From the human T2T-CHM13v2.0 reference genome, Homo sapiens: a stretch of 64,000 bases of DNA. Position numbers and translations under genes: made by a program. The notes beneath the pieces were generated by a model. That model was given only the letters and a program-made list of their open reading frames with translations, did not search any database and was not told where the DNA came from. Location of the stretch: the NCBI RefSeq assembly GCF_009914755.1, contig NC_060928.1. One strand, 5' to 3'. Positions 31,471 through 50,538 of this stretch are shown in pieces. Positions within the stretch are counted from its first letter, which is position 1. Every line of letters starts with the position of its first letter.

Positions 31471-34400
31471 ACATTTCCTTTGATTCAATTTGCAGGCCTC
31501 AATCTTATTCTCAGAACTGATGTCACAACATCGTACAAAGCCCTCATAAGCATATTTGCCTTCCAAGGTAACTCACAGAATACATCTTCCATTTGTTATT
31601 CATATAGTCAGCTCTAGCTGCAATTGCCATTTACCAATTCCCATCTGTTAGAGGTTTTTCTTGCACCCGATGGCAGTTGAAGCAGATTGTGAATATAAAA
31701 GAAAATAGTTTCTTGGCACAGAAAAGGGATATTTGTTTTAATTGACAAGGTGTAACATTTATGAGATAAAAATGAATTTTAGACATCTCATTTATTTTTA
31801 TGTCGGTCTCTTCAAGACAATTATTGGCTCTTAGGCATACATACAGAAACCTCAGGAAATTAGGGAAAAGACAGAAAAACAACTCTTGGGAAAGTCAATT
31901 CAAGCTGATCTTAAGGCTCCCAGGGAAATGGCAGGTTTGGAGGGTGGAGAGAATTCAGGTGACAGTGCCAATTCTTAGTGTCTTCTGTGCTACCATGATT
32001 ATTTTAGAAAATAAAGGAGTGCTGATTTTTTAAAAAGCAATTTCCTCTGCTCAGCAATGATAAATAAATCATTTTGCTATAAATGAGTCTAGAGTCAATG
32101 CTTCAAATGAGAAAAAAAGCAATCCACTATTTCTCCTTAAGAATGATTATATATTTGATGAGTATCTTTCTTCTGATAATGATTTGTAAAATCTTATTTC
32201 TTGGTACTCCCATGAGTAGTAGAATATATTGAACAGTAAAATGTTAAACAGTTTTTGAGATGAAGGCACTGTTTCTATTCAACTTATCACAATTACTGAG
32301 GGTATCAGGTATGTACTGGATTGTCATAGCTTAAAGAGATACCAGGACGATGACAAAGGAAAGTTGAAGTTAGCTATTCTGATCAGTAGAAGGACACGCT
32401 TTTCCCCGCAAAGGAAATAAAAGTGTTAGTGTCGTTCTGTTGAGATAATTTTATCAAATAGAAAAAAGGAATAAAAGGAAAGTCATCTGTGCATTTGTAA
32501 CCCAGCGATTCTCATTAAATCATTATACCACGCTAACAAGAGAAAAAAGCGTCTACAGGTGGTACTCCATTTTCAACTGGGAAAAGAGCAGGTCTAATTT
32601 GAAATAACCCAAGGCTAAGGGTGCTATAGGATGGAAGGGGAATTTTTAATCAACACTATGGGCACACATCAGGTGTCCCCGAGGGCCACGCTATGAGGAA
32701 GAACCTATGATATGTTCTATCTTCTTGTAACAGTGCTACCCTCTGGGAGACTACTTGCCCAGGGCTGGGAATTTATCTTTGGAGTTAGTTTAGGACTCAG
32801 GGTGAAAAGGAGGAGCAGTAGGAAGTGAGGCTATTGGAAAGCTTCTGTAAAAAGTGGCCCCTTCATTATTATTCCATATTCTGACTAAGCAGAGAAATGA
32901 ACCTGTAGTTTCATCCATATTTTCAAAAGCAAAACTTCTTCTACTAAAATAACTTGCTACAAAAGGTATGTACTAGTTTGGGATTTTGTTTTTTTCTGTC
33001 AGTTTGATAAATGCTGTTTGGACTCTCATAATCCCCCTAATAATTGACTGGGGTCAGAGTATCTCTAGGGCGATGCTGCACATTTTAAAACCGCTTCACG
33101 GGGTGCTGGTATTCAGAGAATGCTCTTGAAGATCTGTTTCCCATTGACCTTTCAAATCCTGTTAATTGCTTATACAGTAAGCGTTAAAAGTCAGGCCTGG
33201 CAAAATCAAGGAAGCTGCAGGGAGCAGATGAAGTTTTCATGCGCAGGAGCACAGCTAGGATGAAACGAGAAGTAACTGCCGTGTCCAGTGTGGCCCAGGT
33301 GGAGAGCTGGGGGTGTGCCATGAGACTGTTAGGTCCAGAGGAAGTACGCTCGATTCGCTTGATCTCGGGGGTAACTGAAGAGATAGCAGCTCTCTCTAGA
33401 AGTCCTTTTCTGAAACTATTGAGACCTCTGTCACTTCAAATCCTTAAACGCAGGAAAAACTACCAATTGATTAGAATGCCCTTGAGAAGATTGAAGTATG
33501 AGATGGTGTTGGACTAGTGGTCATTTGTTTCAATCTCAAGATTCTGTATTTCCTATTCTGAAATTTCTATTTATTATAAATCTTATAATCTTTAAAATTC
33601 TATTTTTCTAAGTCTGAGATGTGGTTGAATTTCAGTTTATAAGAAGAAATAAGGCATATGTGAATTCCCTTAACAAATCACACAGTTCAATTCCTGATAG
33701 TTGTTACCTAACGTTTATAATGTTTCTTTTTATCAAATGATCTTCAATATTCCCTGCCATGAAATGGAAGATTAGTGAATTTTTTACTAAATTATTTTGG
33801 CCTTAAAGTCTGTTCTGCCAAATTGAAATACTTGGACAGAACTAACTTTTGCTGTACAAAGTGGACAGTTAGCCATGGAGTGAGCTATTGAGAAGAAAGA
33901 ATATTTTCTGAGCAGAAAACTCATTCTTCTTTTTCTAATAGCTGTATTAGGAGATTGAATTGGGGCCACTATGCTCTTTCTCTTGGGCAGGAAACATGTA
34001 CTTTTTTTGCAGTCAGTAATGTTTTCATAGCTGTTATCTGACCCTTACACTGAGCAGAAGAGTTTCTGGGACAGTTTCTTTAAGTTTACAAATAATCAGC
34101 CATGTATAGGCTTAAAAAATAAATAAAGATTTCTCATCCATATGAATGAGTGGAGCAAATAAATTAGATGAGGGAAGCTGGATCACAATCTTGAGAGGAA
34201 ACAAGAGGAAAATTCAGAAAACATTTCACCTATACCTGGTTCTGTTAATACCTTGCCACTACCATATTATGGATGCAGGCTGAATACATGTTTTCAGAGG
34301 TTAGCACTGCAGCCAAGCAAGCAAGCATACTGTTAATCTGATATATATAAGGACACACATAACTTACAATATAGTAAAGCAAATAGGCTTGAATGGCATT

Positions 34401-34694
34401 GCAGTTCACACACACTGCCATGGTGTTGCTATTCAACTTCTGAAACATAATTTTAGTTTTGTCCTCTTGCCTCCCTTGCCTTGCTATAGTGATTTAGCTT
34501 TAAAAATGCAAGCCTGCACCTGTCATTTCCCTGCTAAGCATCTCTATTGGCCCCCATGTCCTCAAGGATGCAGACCAAGTCCATTCCAGAACAGCTTCCA
34601 TGCTCCAGTCCTACCCACCTCAGTAGCCCTATCACTCTTCTTACTTTCTGCTCCAACCACAATACAATTCTAGTGGTTGATCAAAATGTTTCTT

Positions 34695-35007
<313 letters not shown>

Positions 35008-35389
35008 TGATACAAAGATTTCCCCTACACTGTAATGTTCCTCTAATCCTCCCTCTCATAACAGCTACTTATCCCTCGGGTTTCATCTTAAACTTTACAT
35101 TTAGGGAGAACCTTCCCCCACAGAGCAGACATATCAGGTCCCCTGTGTATTCTCTAATGGCAGTCTTGTATTTCTTTGTAACAAAAATTGAATTTATTTA
35201 ACATATGACTTTCCTACCATTAAGTCTTTTACTTGAACGAGGGCAGGTATTCAGTAAATGTTTCTTGAATAAATAAATGCATGGTAGTTCTTTATCATTT
35301 ATTATCATTGGTCTAGTCACAGACTCAGAAGCAGTTGGAGATACTAGTATGATTGAATTTCTCTATTTTTAGTTTCTTTCAAATACTTG

Positions 35390-35399
35390 CACACACACA

Positions 35400-35431
<32 letters not shown>
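35390..35431. repeat. (CA)n microsatellite
   Basis: ~20 CA units with one interruption. Confidence 0.95.
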
Positions 35432-35432
<1 letters not shown>

Positions 35433-35733
35433 CTTCCTTGCAGTTTCCCAGAAATACAATTCCAGAGCCACAGGTCCCTCATCTCACAACTTGTCCCCAT
35501 GTTCTCATTTGTCCCTCTGATCTTACTTGTCAGCCCTTCCCAGCACCTGGGGATCGTGCATTGTGAAGCAGCACACTCAGGGGTTCCCTGCTCCGTGTTT
35601 CCCTCCCTAATGCCAAAGGGCCAGGAGCCATTGTGTCGCAGAGTAGGCTGCTTCACTTGTGCCTGAGGGAGGACAGACAATATGCTCATCAGGATTCAGG
35701 GAGGAGAGTGTGGACGCTCAGACAGAGGAGTGC

Positions 35734-36028
35734 TGTCTTTGTTTCTCGCTGCTATATCAGAATGCCACAGACTGGGTAATTTATAATAAACAGAAATTTG
35801 CTTCCTCACAGTTCTGAAGGCTGAGAAGGTCAGGATTTAGGGGCCAGCATCTGGTGAGGGGCTTCTCACTGCATTCTTCCACGGTGCCAGGTGGCAGTGC
35901 AAGAAAGCACATAAGACACACAGCAAGAGGAGGCTGAACTCACTTTTATAACAAACCCACTCACCCCATAATGAATTTACTCCTGTGTTCAACACATAAA
36001 CTTTTGGAGACACATTCAAACCATAACA
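35734..36028 (-). mobile_element. MaLR MST (C/D-like) LTR
   Basis: ccacagactgggtaatttataa...cacattcaaaccataaca. Confidence 0.8.
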
Positions 36029-36768
36029 TGTACTATTGAAATGGAGCTCTGACAGGAGACACCTTGGGTGCCTCAAGCTGGAGATTCTGCTTTGCATCCC
36101 CAGTTAATAATTAGTAGATAAAAGAAAGAGACTCTTTGGGCACTGGGACCTGGGGTCTATGAATGTTGAAAAGGAAGAGCAAACCATGACATCAGGACCT
36201 GAGTTTCTCACACCCCTTTCTCCCACCCCCACCCAGGCAAAAATAGATACAAAAGAAGAAGGAATTACAGAAGAAGTCACATAACATTATTGCCTACAAC
36301 TGACTGTTTACCTTGAATACTTGAAGACCAGAATGAAGATTCTTGGGGTGAAGAATTACAGCCTTAGCATGGAGCAGGCCTCGGTGCATCGGCTTTCAGC
36401 TAGGCATGCCTGCCAATGTTCAACGTCCTCCTGGGATACGGAAGGCACCGTGATAGACATCTGGGCAAGTCAACAGGAAGGTGGATATCCAAATCTCTCT
36501 CTTCGCAATGAGTTTCCAGTTAGATGGAGGAGAGAGTAATAAAACACAGTAAGTGTGGAAAAGATTAAAATGCATGTTGTGATATACCACAGGAAATCAG
36601 AGGAGAGAGGTTCATTCTAAGGGGAATGGTGGAAACGTCAGTGAGAACATACCACCTGGGTGGTTCTTGTAAGATGATGTGGAAGAGAAAAGGTAAAGAT
36701 TGAGCAAAACAGTGCATGAGCGAAGGATGCAATGTGAGATGGTCTGAACAGTTTAAAAGAATAACCTG

Positions 36769-37169
<401 letters not shown>

Positions 37170-38012
37170 TCATTCAGGTCCTCAAGACCTTGAAAATAAG
37201 GCTACAGTTTTTAATATTATTATACTGCAGGCCATTGAAGATAATGCACTTGTTTTGTATTGTTTTTGTTTTTCAGAAGACAGAGTATTAACTTTTTTTT
37301 CAGGTTGTAGAATTCATCAATTCCATAACCATTTTTGAATGAGTATTACAGGTCAAGGACTTTTCTAAAAAGATGGATATGGTCTCTTCTGTCATGGGTC
37401 TTACATTCTGTGGGAGGAGACAAGCAATAACTACATACAATGAGCACAATAATTGAAGTGATTATGTGGGAATTAAAGGGGTGGGCTATTGACAACTTCA
37501 GACACCATGGTAATTAATGGCCTTCGATTTGTAACAGGAGCTGAGATTCCTGACTTCACAGATCCCTGAGGAGATGTTTACTAAAGGGAATCTTCTGGTC
37601 ACTGTTACCTTCCTCCGTACTTACCTGCCTCATGGAGTAAGCATGACAAAATTCTTGATTACATAGGGAAAATCACATCTTCGATTAATACTTTCCTGTT
37701 TTTATTCTTCATTACTACTTGCATGATATTCACATAATCTTTTCTCTTCTCCTGCTTCCTCCGTGCAATAAGCTGCTCAGGCAGCCTTTGCTCTTAAGAG
37801 CTTGTTTGTATCTGAGAACGAGTTAAGGCTTTACACTGGTAGTAAGTTTAAGTCATGCCAAAAAGGGGTAGAATACCTGATTCTCCTAGTTTCAAGACAA
37901 GCCAGGTTTTTTTTGTTTGTTTGTTTTTTAAAAAAGCAGAAACTTTCATTGCTCTCTCTCATCTGAAACTAGATGAGGCTATCTACTCTGAGTGGCCAGG
38001 TCTTCTGTAATT

Positions 38013-38974
<962 letters not shown>

Positions 38975-39554
38975 CTAGAATTTCATGCAAAACTCATAAT
39001 TTTCAAGTTGGTAATTAATTTTCAAATGTAAACATATTGTGGCTCGCAAAGAACAATAAGATCAATCAACCAATAAAGGCAAAAATAGAGAGTAAGGAAG
39101 AATCCACACTAAGAAGCGTGAAGACTTGATTAGAGACATAAGCCAAAGAAAGGAGATGTGTTCAGTGTTTACTGCCATGTGCCAAGCAGGGGCGGGTGAA
39201 GACAATGGCAATGTGAACAGCTAGGAGGAAGGCAATATCCGGTAAATTAGAGCCGATGACATATGAGTCCAAAGGAGAAAAGAGGACGCTGAACCCAAGC
39301 TTGATGATTGGGAGAATGGTGGTCCCGTGACTTGTCCCACCGAAGCCAAAGAAAGAACAGATCTAAGGGATGGTGATCTTTGAGCAAGCTCGTTTCCCTC
39401 ACACGTTCCAGCGCTGTTTCACGCCAGGCTCTGGGATTGAATGATACCCCTGGATCAGGTTCACTGGCGTCCCCTGCTGGCACAGAGCAGCACAAAGACT
39501 TCGAAACTGGATACGCTGATAAATTTATGAAATCTCCACAAACTAGAGAACACG

Positions 39555-39857
<303 letters not shown>

Positions 39858-40998
39858 ACTAGAGAACATGTTATTAAATAATAGAAAGAAAGAATGCCCA
39901 TCTGATAAAGGTACAAAACTGACCTTAAAATGACTTAGCACTGGAAAGAAAAAAAAAAGAGGCTGCAAATTTTTGGTTACTGAAGAGCCTTTTAAATAAG
40001 ATTATATTAAAACAGTGGGTAGATCTCTCCAAAGCAGAATAAGAAAACCCCTAATCTTCCTCCTAACTAAATGATTATATGATTTGATGAGTGAGGATTA
40101 AGTTCTGCTTTTAAATATAATTGCTGGGTAATATGAATATAAACCAAATATGTAAAATTTAAGATACAAAGATCAATATTCCCAATTCTATAAAATTTGT
40201 GTCAACTAATTGTAGATAATAAAATATTTTATGTATTTTTTAGAAGAAGATAATAGGCATAACAACTATTGTGAAATTATCCAAATTTGTACTCTTAGTT
40301 GCCAATTTTCAGTTCTTTAGAAAGTGCAATTATTCTTAGCAGTGAGAAACATGAGTCTCACAGAATACATTTAAGTCTTCACTTTGATTTACAACCTCCA
40401 GTGTTAATTAAACAAATGCCAACTATGCTAATAGTCTGGAAATCCTTTGACAAATACTGAAAGAAATGACAGGTCTGGCACATACACATATAGATGGAGG
40501 CTTGCCTGATTTTTAAGAGGCGTTTTACAGATTTGGCCTTATAATACTTATTCTATAACTATTCATTTTATCCTGGAAAATGTTGTCTATAAAGTTTTGG
40601 AGAGAAATTGCTCTGTAGAACAAATTGACATTTCACAGGAATAAGTCCACTATTGCTAAGAAAAATGGTACTGGGGATGGAGCCCCAAAATGGCAGAGGC
40701 AAACACAGCCCTATCAACCTCTCCCATCCCCCTGTGTACACATTAGTATAGACTTAGTCTGTCTTTAGGAACAACATTTTTACTGACCTGCTTTCTAAGT
40801 TGTTGGTCCCTCCTCTTCCCTGGGATCTACATATCAGGGTAGTTTCATAATTCTCTGTTGTCTCAGTTACGTGTTAAAAGTAAGCATGTTCACTGAGTGA
40901 TGATTTTACTTTTTAAACAACCTCATCTTTTACCGTACCATCAGTTATATTAAATATGACATTTAAGGTTTTAAAAGTGGAGTTAGAAAGCTACATAC

Positions 40999-41972
<974 letters not shown>

Positions 41973-44638
41973 TAAATATTAAACTTTTTACACAAAGAAT
42001 TGGTTCTTTAAAAAGGTTAGCAAAATTGAGAAATCTTTGCTAGAATGATTTAGGAAGAAAGAAGACTCAACTGAAAATCAGAAGTGAAAGAAGAGACATT
42101 ACTACCAATTTTGCAGAAATAAAAAGGATTGTAAAAGAGTACTGTGAACAATTGTATACCAACAAACTGAACATCTTAGGTGAGATGGACAAATTCCTAG
42201 AAACACAGAAATGGCCAAGATTGAATCACGAAGAATCAGAATATCTCAAGAGACTTACAGTAAGGAGATTAACTCTGTAATAACCCCCCAGCAAAGAAAA
42301 GCTAAGGGCTAGATGACTTCACTGGATAATTGTAGCAAACATTTAAAGAACAATTAAAACAAATCTTTCTCAAACTCTTAATAAAAAGCAAAGTGGAGGG
42401 AGTACTGCCAAACTCAATCTATGAGACCAGATTTACCCTGATACCAAAATCAGACAAGTATACTATGAGAAAAGAAAGTACAGACCAATATCCCTGATTA
42501 ATACTGATGCAGAAATCCTCAAGAAAATACTAGCAATCAGAACTCACAAGACATTAAAAGAATTTTACATCATGGCAAAGTGGGCTTTAGTCCTAGAATG
42601 CAAGAATGGTAAATATATGAAAATCAAAGTAATGCCCTACATTCACAGAATGAAGGACAAAAACCATGTGATGATATCAACTGATGCAGAAAGAAAAAAT
42701 TTGACAAGATGCTCTATTACAAAACACTCAACAACTAGTAATAGAAGGAAACTTCGTCAACACAGTAAAGGCCAAATATAAACACCCAGAACTAACATCG
42801 TACTCAATGGTTAAAGACTGAATGGTCTCCCTCTAAGATCAAGAGGAGCAAGACAAGGATGCTCTCTTTCACCGTTTCTGTTCTACTTAGTGTTAGAAGT
42901 CCTACCTGGAGTAATTAGGTAAGAAAAAGCAATAAAAGTCATCCACATGAGAAAGGAAGAAGTAAATTTATATCTGTTCACAGATCACATAATCTTATGT
43001 GTAGAAAACCATAACTATTACATAAAAATGAATTCAGCAAAGTTGCAGAATTCAAAATCAACACACAAAAATCAATTGCATTTCTGTGTATTAATGATGA
43101 GCAACCCAAAGGAAATTAAGAAAACAATTCAATTTACAATAGCATTAAACAGAATAAAACACTTAAGAACAAACTTAACCACTGAGGCAAAAGACTTGTA
43201 CTCTGAAAACTATAAAAGAAATATATACATAAGTGGAAAGACATCGATATTCATGAATTAGAAGACTTATATTGTTAAGATATTAGTGTTCCCCAAAATG
43301 ATCTACAGATTCAATGCAATCCCTATCAAAATCTCGACCTTTTTTGCAGACATGGAAAAATTCATTGTTAAATTCAAATGGAAATTAAAGGAATCTATGA
43401 TAGCCAAAATAATCTTGAAATAGAAAAACAAGGTTAGAGGTCTCGTACTTCATGATTTAAAAACTCACTGCAAAGCTACAGTAATCAAAACAGTGGTTAT
43501 TGTCATAAAGACAAGAGTATAGACCAACAAAATGGAATAGAGAGCCTAGAAATAAACCTTCACATACATGGTCAAATGATTTCAACAAGGGTGCCAAGAA
43601 TATTCAATAGGGAAAGGGCAGTCTTTTCAACTAGTGGTCCTGAGAAAACAAGATAACCACATGCAAAAGAGTTAAGTTGAACCATTACCATAGACTATAT
43701 ACAAAAAGTTAACTAAAAATGGATCAAAGACCTAACCCATAAGAGTTAAAACTATAAAACTCTTAAACAAAAATATAAGGGGAAAGCTTCATGTCACTGG
43801 ATTTGGCATTGATTATTTGGATATGACAATAAAAGCATAGATAACGAAGAAAAATAAGTAAATTGGACTACACCAAAGTTAAAAACTTCTGTGCAAAACA
43901 GGCTATAATCAACAGAGTGAAAAGGCAACCCATAAAATGGGAAACATTTGCAAATAATATAACTGATTAGAGTTATTCAGAATATATAAAGAACTCTTAC
44001 AACTCACACACACACACACACACACGCGAAACCCAATTAAACCATTGACAAAAGCCTTGAATAGACATCTCTACAAAAAAGATACACACATAGCTAATAA
44101 GCACATGAAGAGATGCTTGATACCACTAATTGTTAGAGAAATGGAAGTCAAAACCCTGACTGGCAAAACACTGTGACACCACTTGATACCCATTAGGATT
44201 GCTACTATTAAAAAAAATCAGAAAATAACAAGCATTGGCAAGGATGTGGATAAACTGGAAAACTTTTGCATTTTTGGTGGGAGATAAAATGGTGCAGCCA
44301 CTATGGAAAACAGTATGGTGGTTACTCAAAAAATTAAAAATAGAATTACCATATGGTGCAGTGATTTCACTTCTGGGTATATATCAAAAATAATTAAAAT
44401 GAAGCACTTGTACAGATATTTTTGCACTTATGTTCATAAGCAGCATTACTAACAATAGTCAAAAGGTGGAAGTAAGCCAAGTGTTCATTGCTGGCGGAAT
44501 AAACAAACTATGACATTTACTTACAATAAAATATTTTTCAGCCTTAAAATGGAAGGAAATTCTGACACATGCTACAACTGTAGGTCATTATGTTGAGTGA
44601 AATAAGCCAGTCATAAAAGGATAAATACTGTATGATTC

Positions 44639-45091
44639 TGAAACAGACCGAATAGTCCCATTTTTTAAAAAAAATTTTGATGAACATAGAAATTGACCCC
44701 TTTGGTATTAAAGTTTGAAACTTATATTTGTTTTTTCTGAGTTCCTTCTTCAGGAAATGACCTTCAGGCCTCTCAAAAAAAAGTATTAAAGAACTGAAAC
44801 TCAGCCAGTTACCACATCCAGACAATGAGATGCCAGACCCTTCATTCATCATGATGGCTTCCTTGCCCCTCACTAGTTCCTGTTTCCTTACACATTGTTA
44901 CATTCCTTCCCTGCTATATAAACTCCTAGTTGTAGTTGGTCAGAGAGATGGATTTGAGACTGAGTTCCTGTCTCCTCGGCTGCAGCACCCAATTAAAGCC
45001 TTCTTCCTTGGCAATACTCATTGTCTCAGTTCTTGGCTTTCTGTGCAGCCAGTAGAAGAACCTAGACTGAACTCCTGGTGTTTCACTAATC
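44639..45091 (+). mobile_element. LOR1(b)-like ERV1 solo LTR
   Basis: TGAAACAGACCGAATAGTCCCAT start; TSD ATTC/ATCC; inverted homolog of 12165-12612. Confidence 0.85.
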
Positions 45092-45324
45092 ATCCCACTT
45101 ACACAGTGTACTTAGAGTAGTCACATTCATAGAGACAGAAAATAGAATGGGGGTTGTCAGCAGCTGGTGGAAAGGCAATGGTGAGTTCTTGTTTAATGGT
45201 TAGAGTTTCAGTTTTACAAGATTGAAAGGGTTCTGGATATGGATATTGATGACGGTTGCACAACAATGTAATGATGTTCACTGAAGTGTACTTTTAGAAA
45301 TGTTAGGATGATAATTTATATAAC

Positions 45325-45912
<588 letters not shown>

Positions 45913-45959
45913 TAAAAATATTAACACATCTTAAGAAATTCAGCCAACCCAAATTGCTG

Positions 45960-47350
45960 AGATGGCATGGAGGTATGGAAAGAGCTTTTCAAGCTAGAAA
46001 GACCTAAGTTTGAAATGAGACCTAAGTTCTACTACGTTCTAATGCTATGACCTCAGAGATGTCATAGAGTCACGTTGACACTCAGCTTCCTCATATTATG
46101 CGATGACCACTTATAGAGGCATGATGAAGAGTAATTGAGATTATGTTATTTACAGTCTCTGGCACAGCCTGTGGCTCTCCACAGGTACACTGCAATGAAT
46201 CTTCCTTTGCATTTTCCTCAGGTAATAGTAAGGTGTAATTGACTACAAATAGGTCTCTATGCTTTAAATGTAAATATTAATTTCACTTAGATGATCTAAT
46301 TCAGTTTTTACAGCATGCTATGGTTTACACAATCCTTTATATAGTATTTTATTTTCCTAACTTTTGAGGTAAGCATTACGAATTATATTTTAACAATGGA
46401 TGATCTGAATATAAAAGAGATTACAGGATTTGATTAAGATCATATATTGCTGTGATTCAACACCATATTTTCTTAATTCAATTTCATCGTTATTTATATG
46501 GTACAATTAGGAAAGGAAAAAGTAATCCAAGCCCTATATTAAACCATACCTGTTGCTGAGTGTCTTCAAAATCATTTTATTTTCCTTCCTAAGATAAAAA
46601 AAAAATGATAGAATCCTACGTGCTTGTCTGATGATTCGTAACTTGAAGTCAGGGATTAGATCTCTGTTTCTTAGTTTTATTCTATAGCCCATGAATATAT
46701 TAAGCATTCAATAGACATTTGTTGAATTAAAATGGTATAAACTATTGATCTGAAATACTGCATTTGAAGCTTGGTACTTCATGCATTTTGTTCATATCAT
46801 TTATGTACTAAATTCAACTTTTTTTTAATTTTGCATCCTGATTGTGTTTTCATAAACATTTATTCTAATGCTAAAATTTAATATCAATAAATTATATCTT
46901 GGAGAAATAATTTAACAAACTCATATTTGCTTGGTGTGATTATCAAGACTGCAGAAACTTTGGCAATATAACATAATGGGGAAAAAATTGGACAGGAATC
47001 AGAACTAACCTTCATTATGGGTTCCTGGAATAGCTCCAATCTATTCAAGTACCCTTGAGCCAAACATTTAAATGCTCCCTACCTGGATTTCTGCATTTCC
47101 CCAATGGAGATGATAATATTTATCTGGCCTACGTTGTAAGCTTCCTTTTTCTACACCATGATACTCAGTATGACATAGAGGTTCAAATCACTTACTGTTT
47201 TCATAACCATAGGCAAACCTCTTCACACTTCCATCTGTAAAGCTGCCTAATAATAGTATCTGTGTTCTAGTTTATCATGAGGATTAAACGAGTGAATATT
47301 TATGAAGCGTGTAAAACAGTATTTGGCACATATGCAAATGTTGGTTAAAT
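45960..47350. mobile_element. Cluster of MIR fragments plus a short L2 end
   Basis: Several MIR-core matches (e.g. ttccatctgtaaagc...ttatcatgaggattaaacgag). Confidence 0.6.
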
Positions 47351-48056
47351 TTTATGTGCATAAGTGTGTGTGCGCACTTTGAAAAGTATAAAAATATATT
47401 TATAATATCAGGTCAATTAATATTTTTTCTCTCTAAATGCTACTCTAGTTATGTATATGCACTTCAAGTACTTGACTTTTAGTTTTCTCATCTGAAAAAT
47501 TGCATTATCTTTTATTTAACTTATATTTTTGATCATTAAATGCTCTTAAGTACTCCATGCTCAGTAAGACAGATAAATGGAGAAATGTAGCATGAAGCTA
47601 GAAATTAAGAAGGCATATTGTTTCTATAAAAAAGAACAATTTTAACGAGGAAAGACAGAAAACAAGAAACATACCATTGAGGCCAACTGGTTTATAAGGT
47701 GTTGTTACTCAGTCCCAGATTTTAAGGTGCAATTCTCACATATGAATTTTCATAGAGGCCTTTGAAGAAGAGAACAAAGTCTATGAAAATGCAGCCAGTA
47801 AAAGATCCTCCCCTTCCTTGAACTACACCCAACCTGACTTCAGATGCAGGTTGCCTTTACTTGGGGACGTGTGTGGCCGAGAGGCAAGAGGGGTTTCCCT
47901 TGAGTAGAATAGAACTTAAAGAGCCAACAGCAGACTCCTCAGATGCTAGTAACTTGCCACCAGTAGCGTACACTGTGTCCAACACGCAGAGGCAGGTTTG
48001 AGTGGAATTCCCAGATAGCTTGTGATCAAAGACTGGTCTCCAGTGAAGAAGACTTG

Positions 48057-48101
48057 GGATGGATGGATGGATGGGTGGATGGATGGGTGGATAAATGGAT
48101 G
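48057..48101. repeat. (GGAT)n microsatellite
   Basis: Directly visible. Confidence 0.9.
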
Positions 48102-49493
48102 AATTTAACATTGAGGTATAATTTGCTTAACAGTAAAATGTTCAGTTTAATAAGTTTAGGCCAATTAATATTAATTTTGATTAATCTCAAATTGTCTTGC
48201 TATCGAGTGTTTTTTTAAGACAGCACCAAGTGTAAAGGAAAATCTTGAGATCATTATGCCAAAGACAAATTGACTCCATAAGATTAGTCCAAATTATCAA
48301 GTATATTCCATCATTCTGAATACTCATAAAACATATTTTGATTTTTATTATTTTAAGTGAATATTTGGTGATTTCAAATAAGCAAATCCAAATTCAAGAA
48401 CTTTCACTGTGCAGAAATTTCCAAAGTCAAAACCAAATAGCGAGTGTGATAAGTTATACTCATTAGACAGCAATAGAGAGGCCCCCTGTAATGGAATATG
48501 GGGTGACTGTGAGGATGCTGAAGAAAAAATGGCCATGATTTTTTATCTAAAGGTGTGCTTAGTAAAGTAGGAATAGAAAATAAAGACAAATATGCAACTC
48601 CAGGAGTTATGAGAATGTATTCGGGACGTATTTTGAAAACAAACCCAACTGCTAAAATTGAGTCGACCCAGAAAAGAATTAAGCTGAGATATCTCTTAGT
48701 GATACTTTCACATCCAGATTTACGCTTAGATTCATGATGCATTACAACTAATAAAATTGTTTAAGTATGAGAAAGAGCAGACCAAGGGGCCATGAAGAAA
48801 ATATAATTAAATGCAGATTAAAGGGGCAGGGCTTCTGGTTTGGCAGACACTTACACTTCAAAGACTGGAACATTCTCTTTAATAATACTTCAGTTATCTA
48901 ATAAAAATGATCATTTGGAAATCATGCTGGTCACTTCTGTCTAGCTCAAGTGTCAATGTTCTGGATATACTGGGTACTTTATTCACACTGAATTGCTTTT
49001 ATACATCGAGAAAGGTGTTAACTCTTACTCTTCTTAAAATGGACTGTGGTAATTAATTCTGATGCCTGGAAGCAAATAAGTAAATCTTTGAAATATTCAT
49101 TTTATTTATACAGACTTAGATATCTACTTTTTAGGAAAATCACACTTAAATACCCCTTTCACTTTTGTACATATTTGACACAGTTTGGTATCAACTGTTA
49201 CTCGGATTATATAGAAATATTTTGTTGCAATGAATTTATCCAATTTCCTTAAAGGAAGAAGCAACAATGGATTATTTCAAGGAGAACATTATGTAATAGT
49301 CCATGCTAATGAACTGTTAAAAAAATATTATTGACACAGGCATGTTAATAGCAGTGTGGGTTTTGGTAATCAGCTAACATAATTAGTCCAGAATTATATG
49401 GACTTTTTAAGTAATAAAATTTACTGGAAACTTAAATGTAATTAATTAAAAGTTTGGTTTAGTTATAAATATGATTAAAGCATTTTTCTCTAA

Positions 49494-49792
<299 letters not shown>

Positions 49793-50228
49793 CATTTTTC
49801 TCTAATTTATACTTAAATTTGCATTATTATTTGCAAAACGTACCAAAATTTGGACATTTAAGCATCATTTATTCTGAAAAAAGTATAAGACATAGTAAAT
49901 AACATACCAATATGGGACATGGGAGATAAAAATTGATCACCCAGTAGATAAAGGGAAAAGCTCTTTCAGAAAAAAAAAGTAAATTTAATTGGCATATAAT
50001 CAGAATATGTATGAGCATTTTGGAGTTCTTGTTTTCTTGTTAACTAAGGTAGAATTTTACAGGTTTGTAGACCAAGGCTTCATCTCCATGAATGTGGCCC
50101 CATGATTAAGATGGCTTGGGGTCAGACAGACTCAGTCCTGCTGTTTGTTAGTTGTGTAACATCAGACATGCTCAAAGCCTCAACTTACTCATTTTGGGGA
50201 AATAATAATAATTATTAAGACTGGTGAG

Positions 50229-50538
<310 letters not shown>
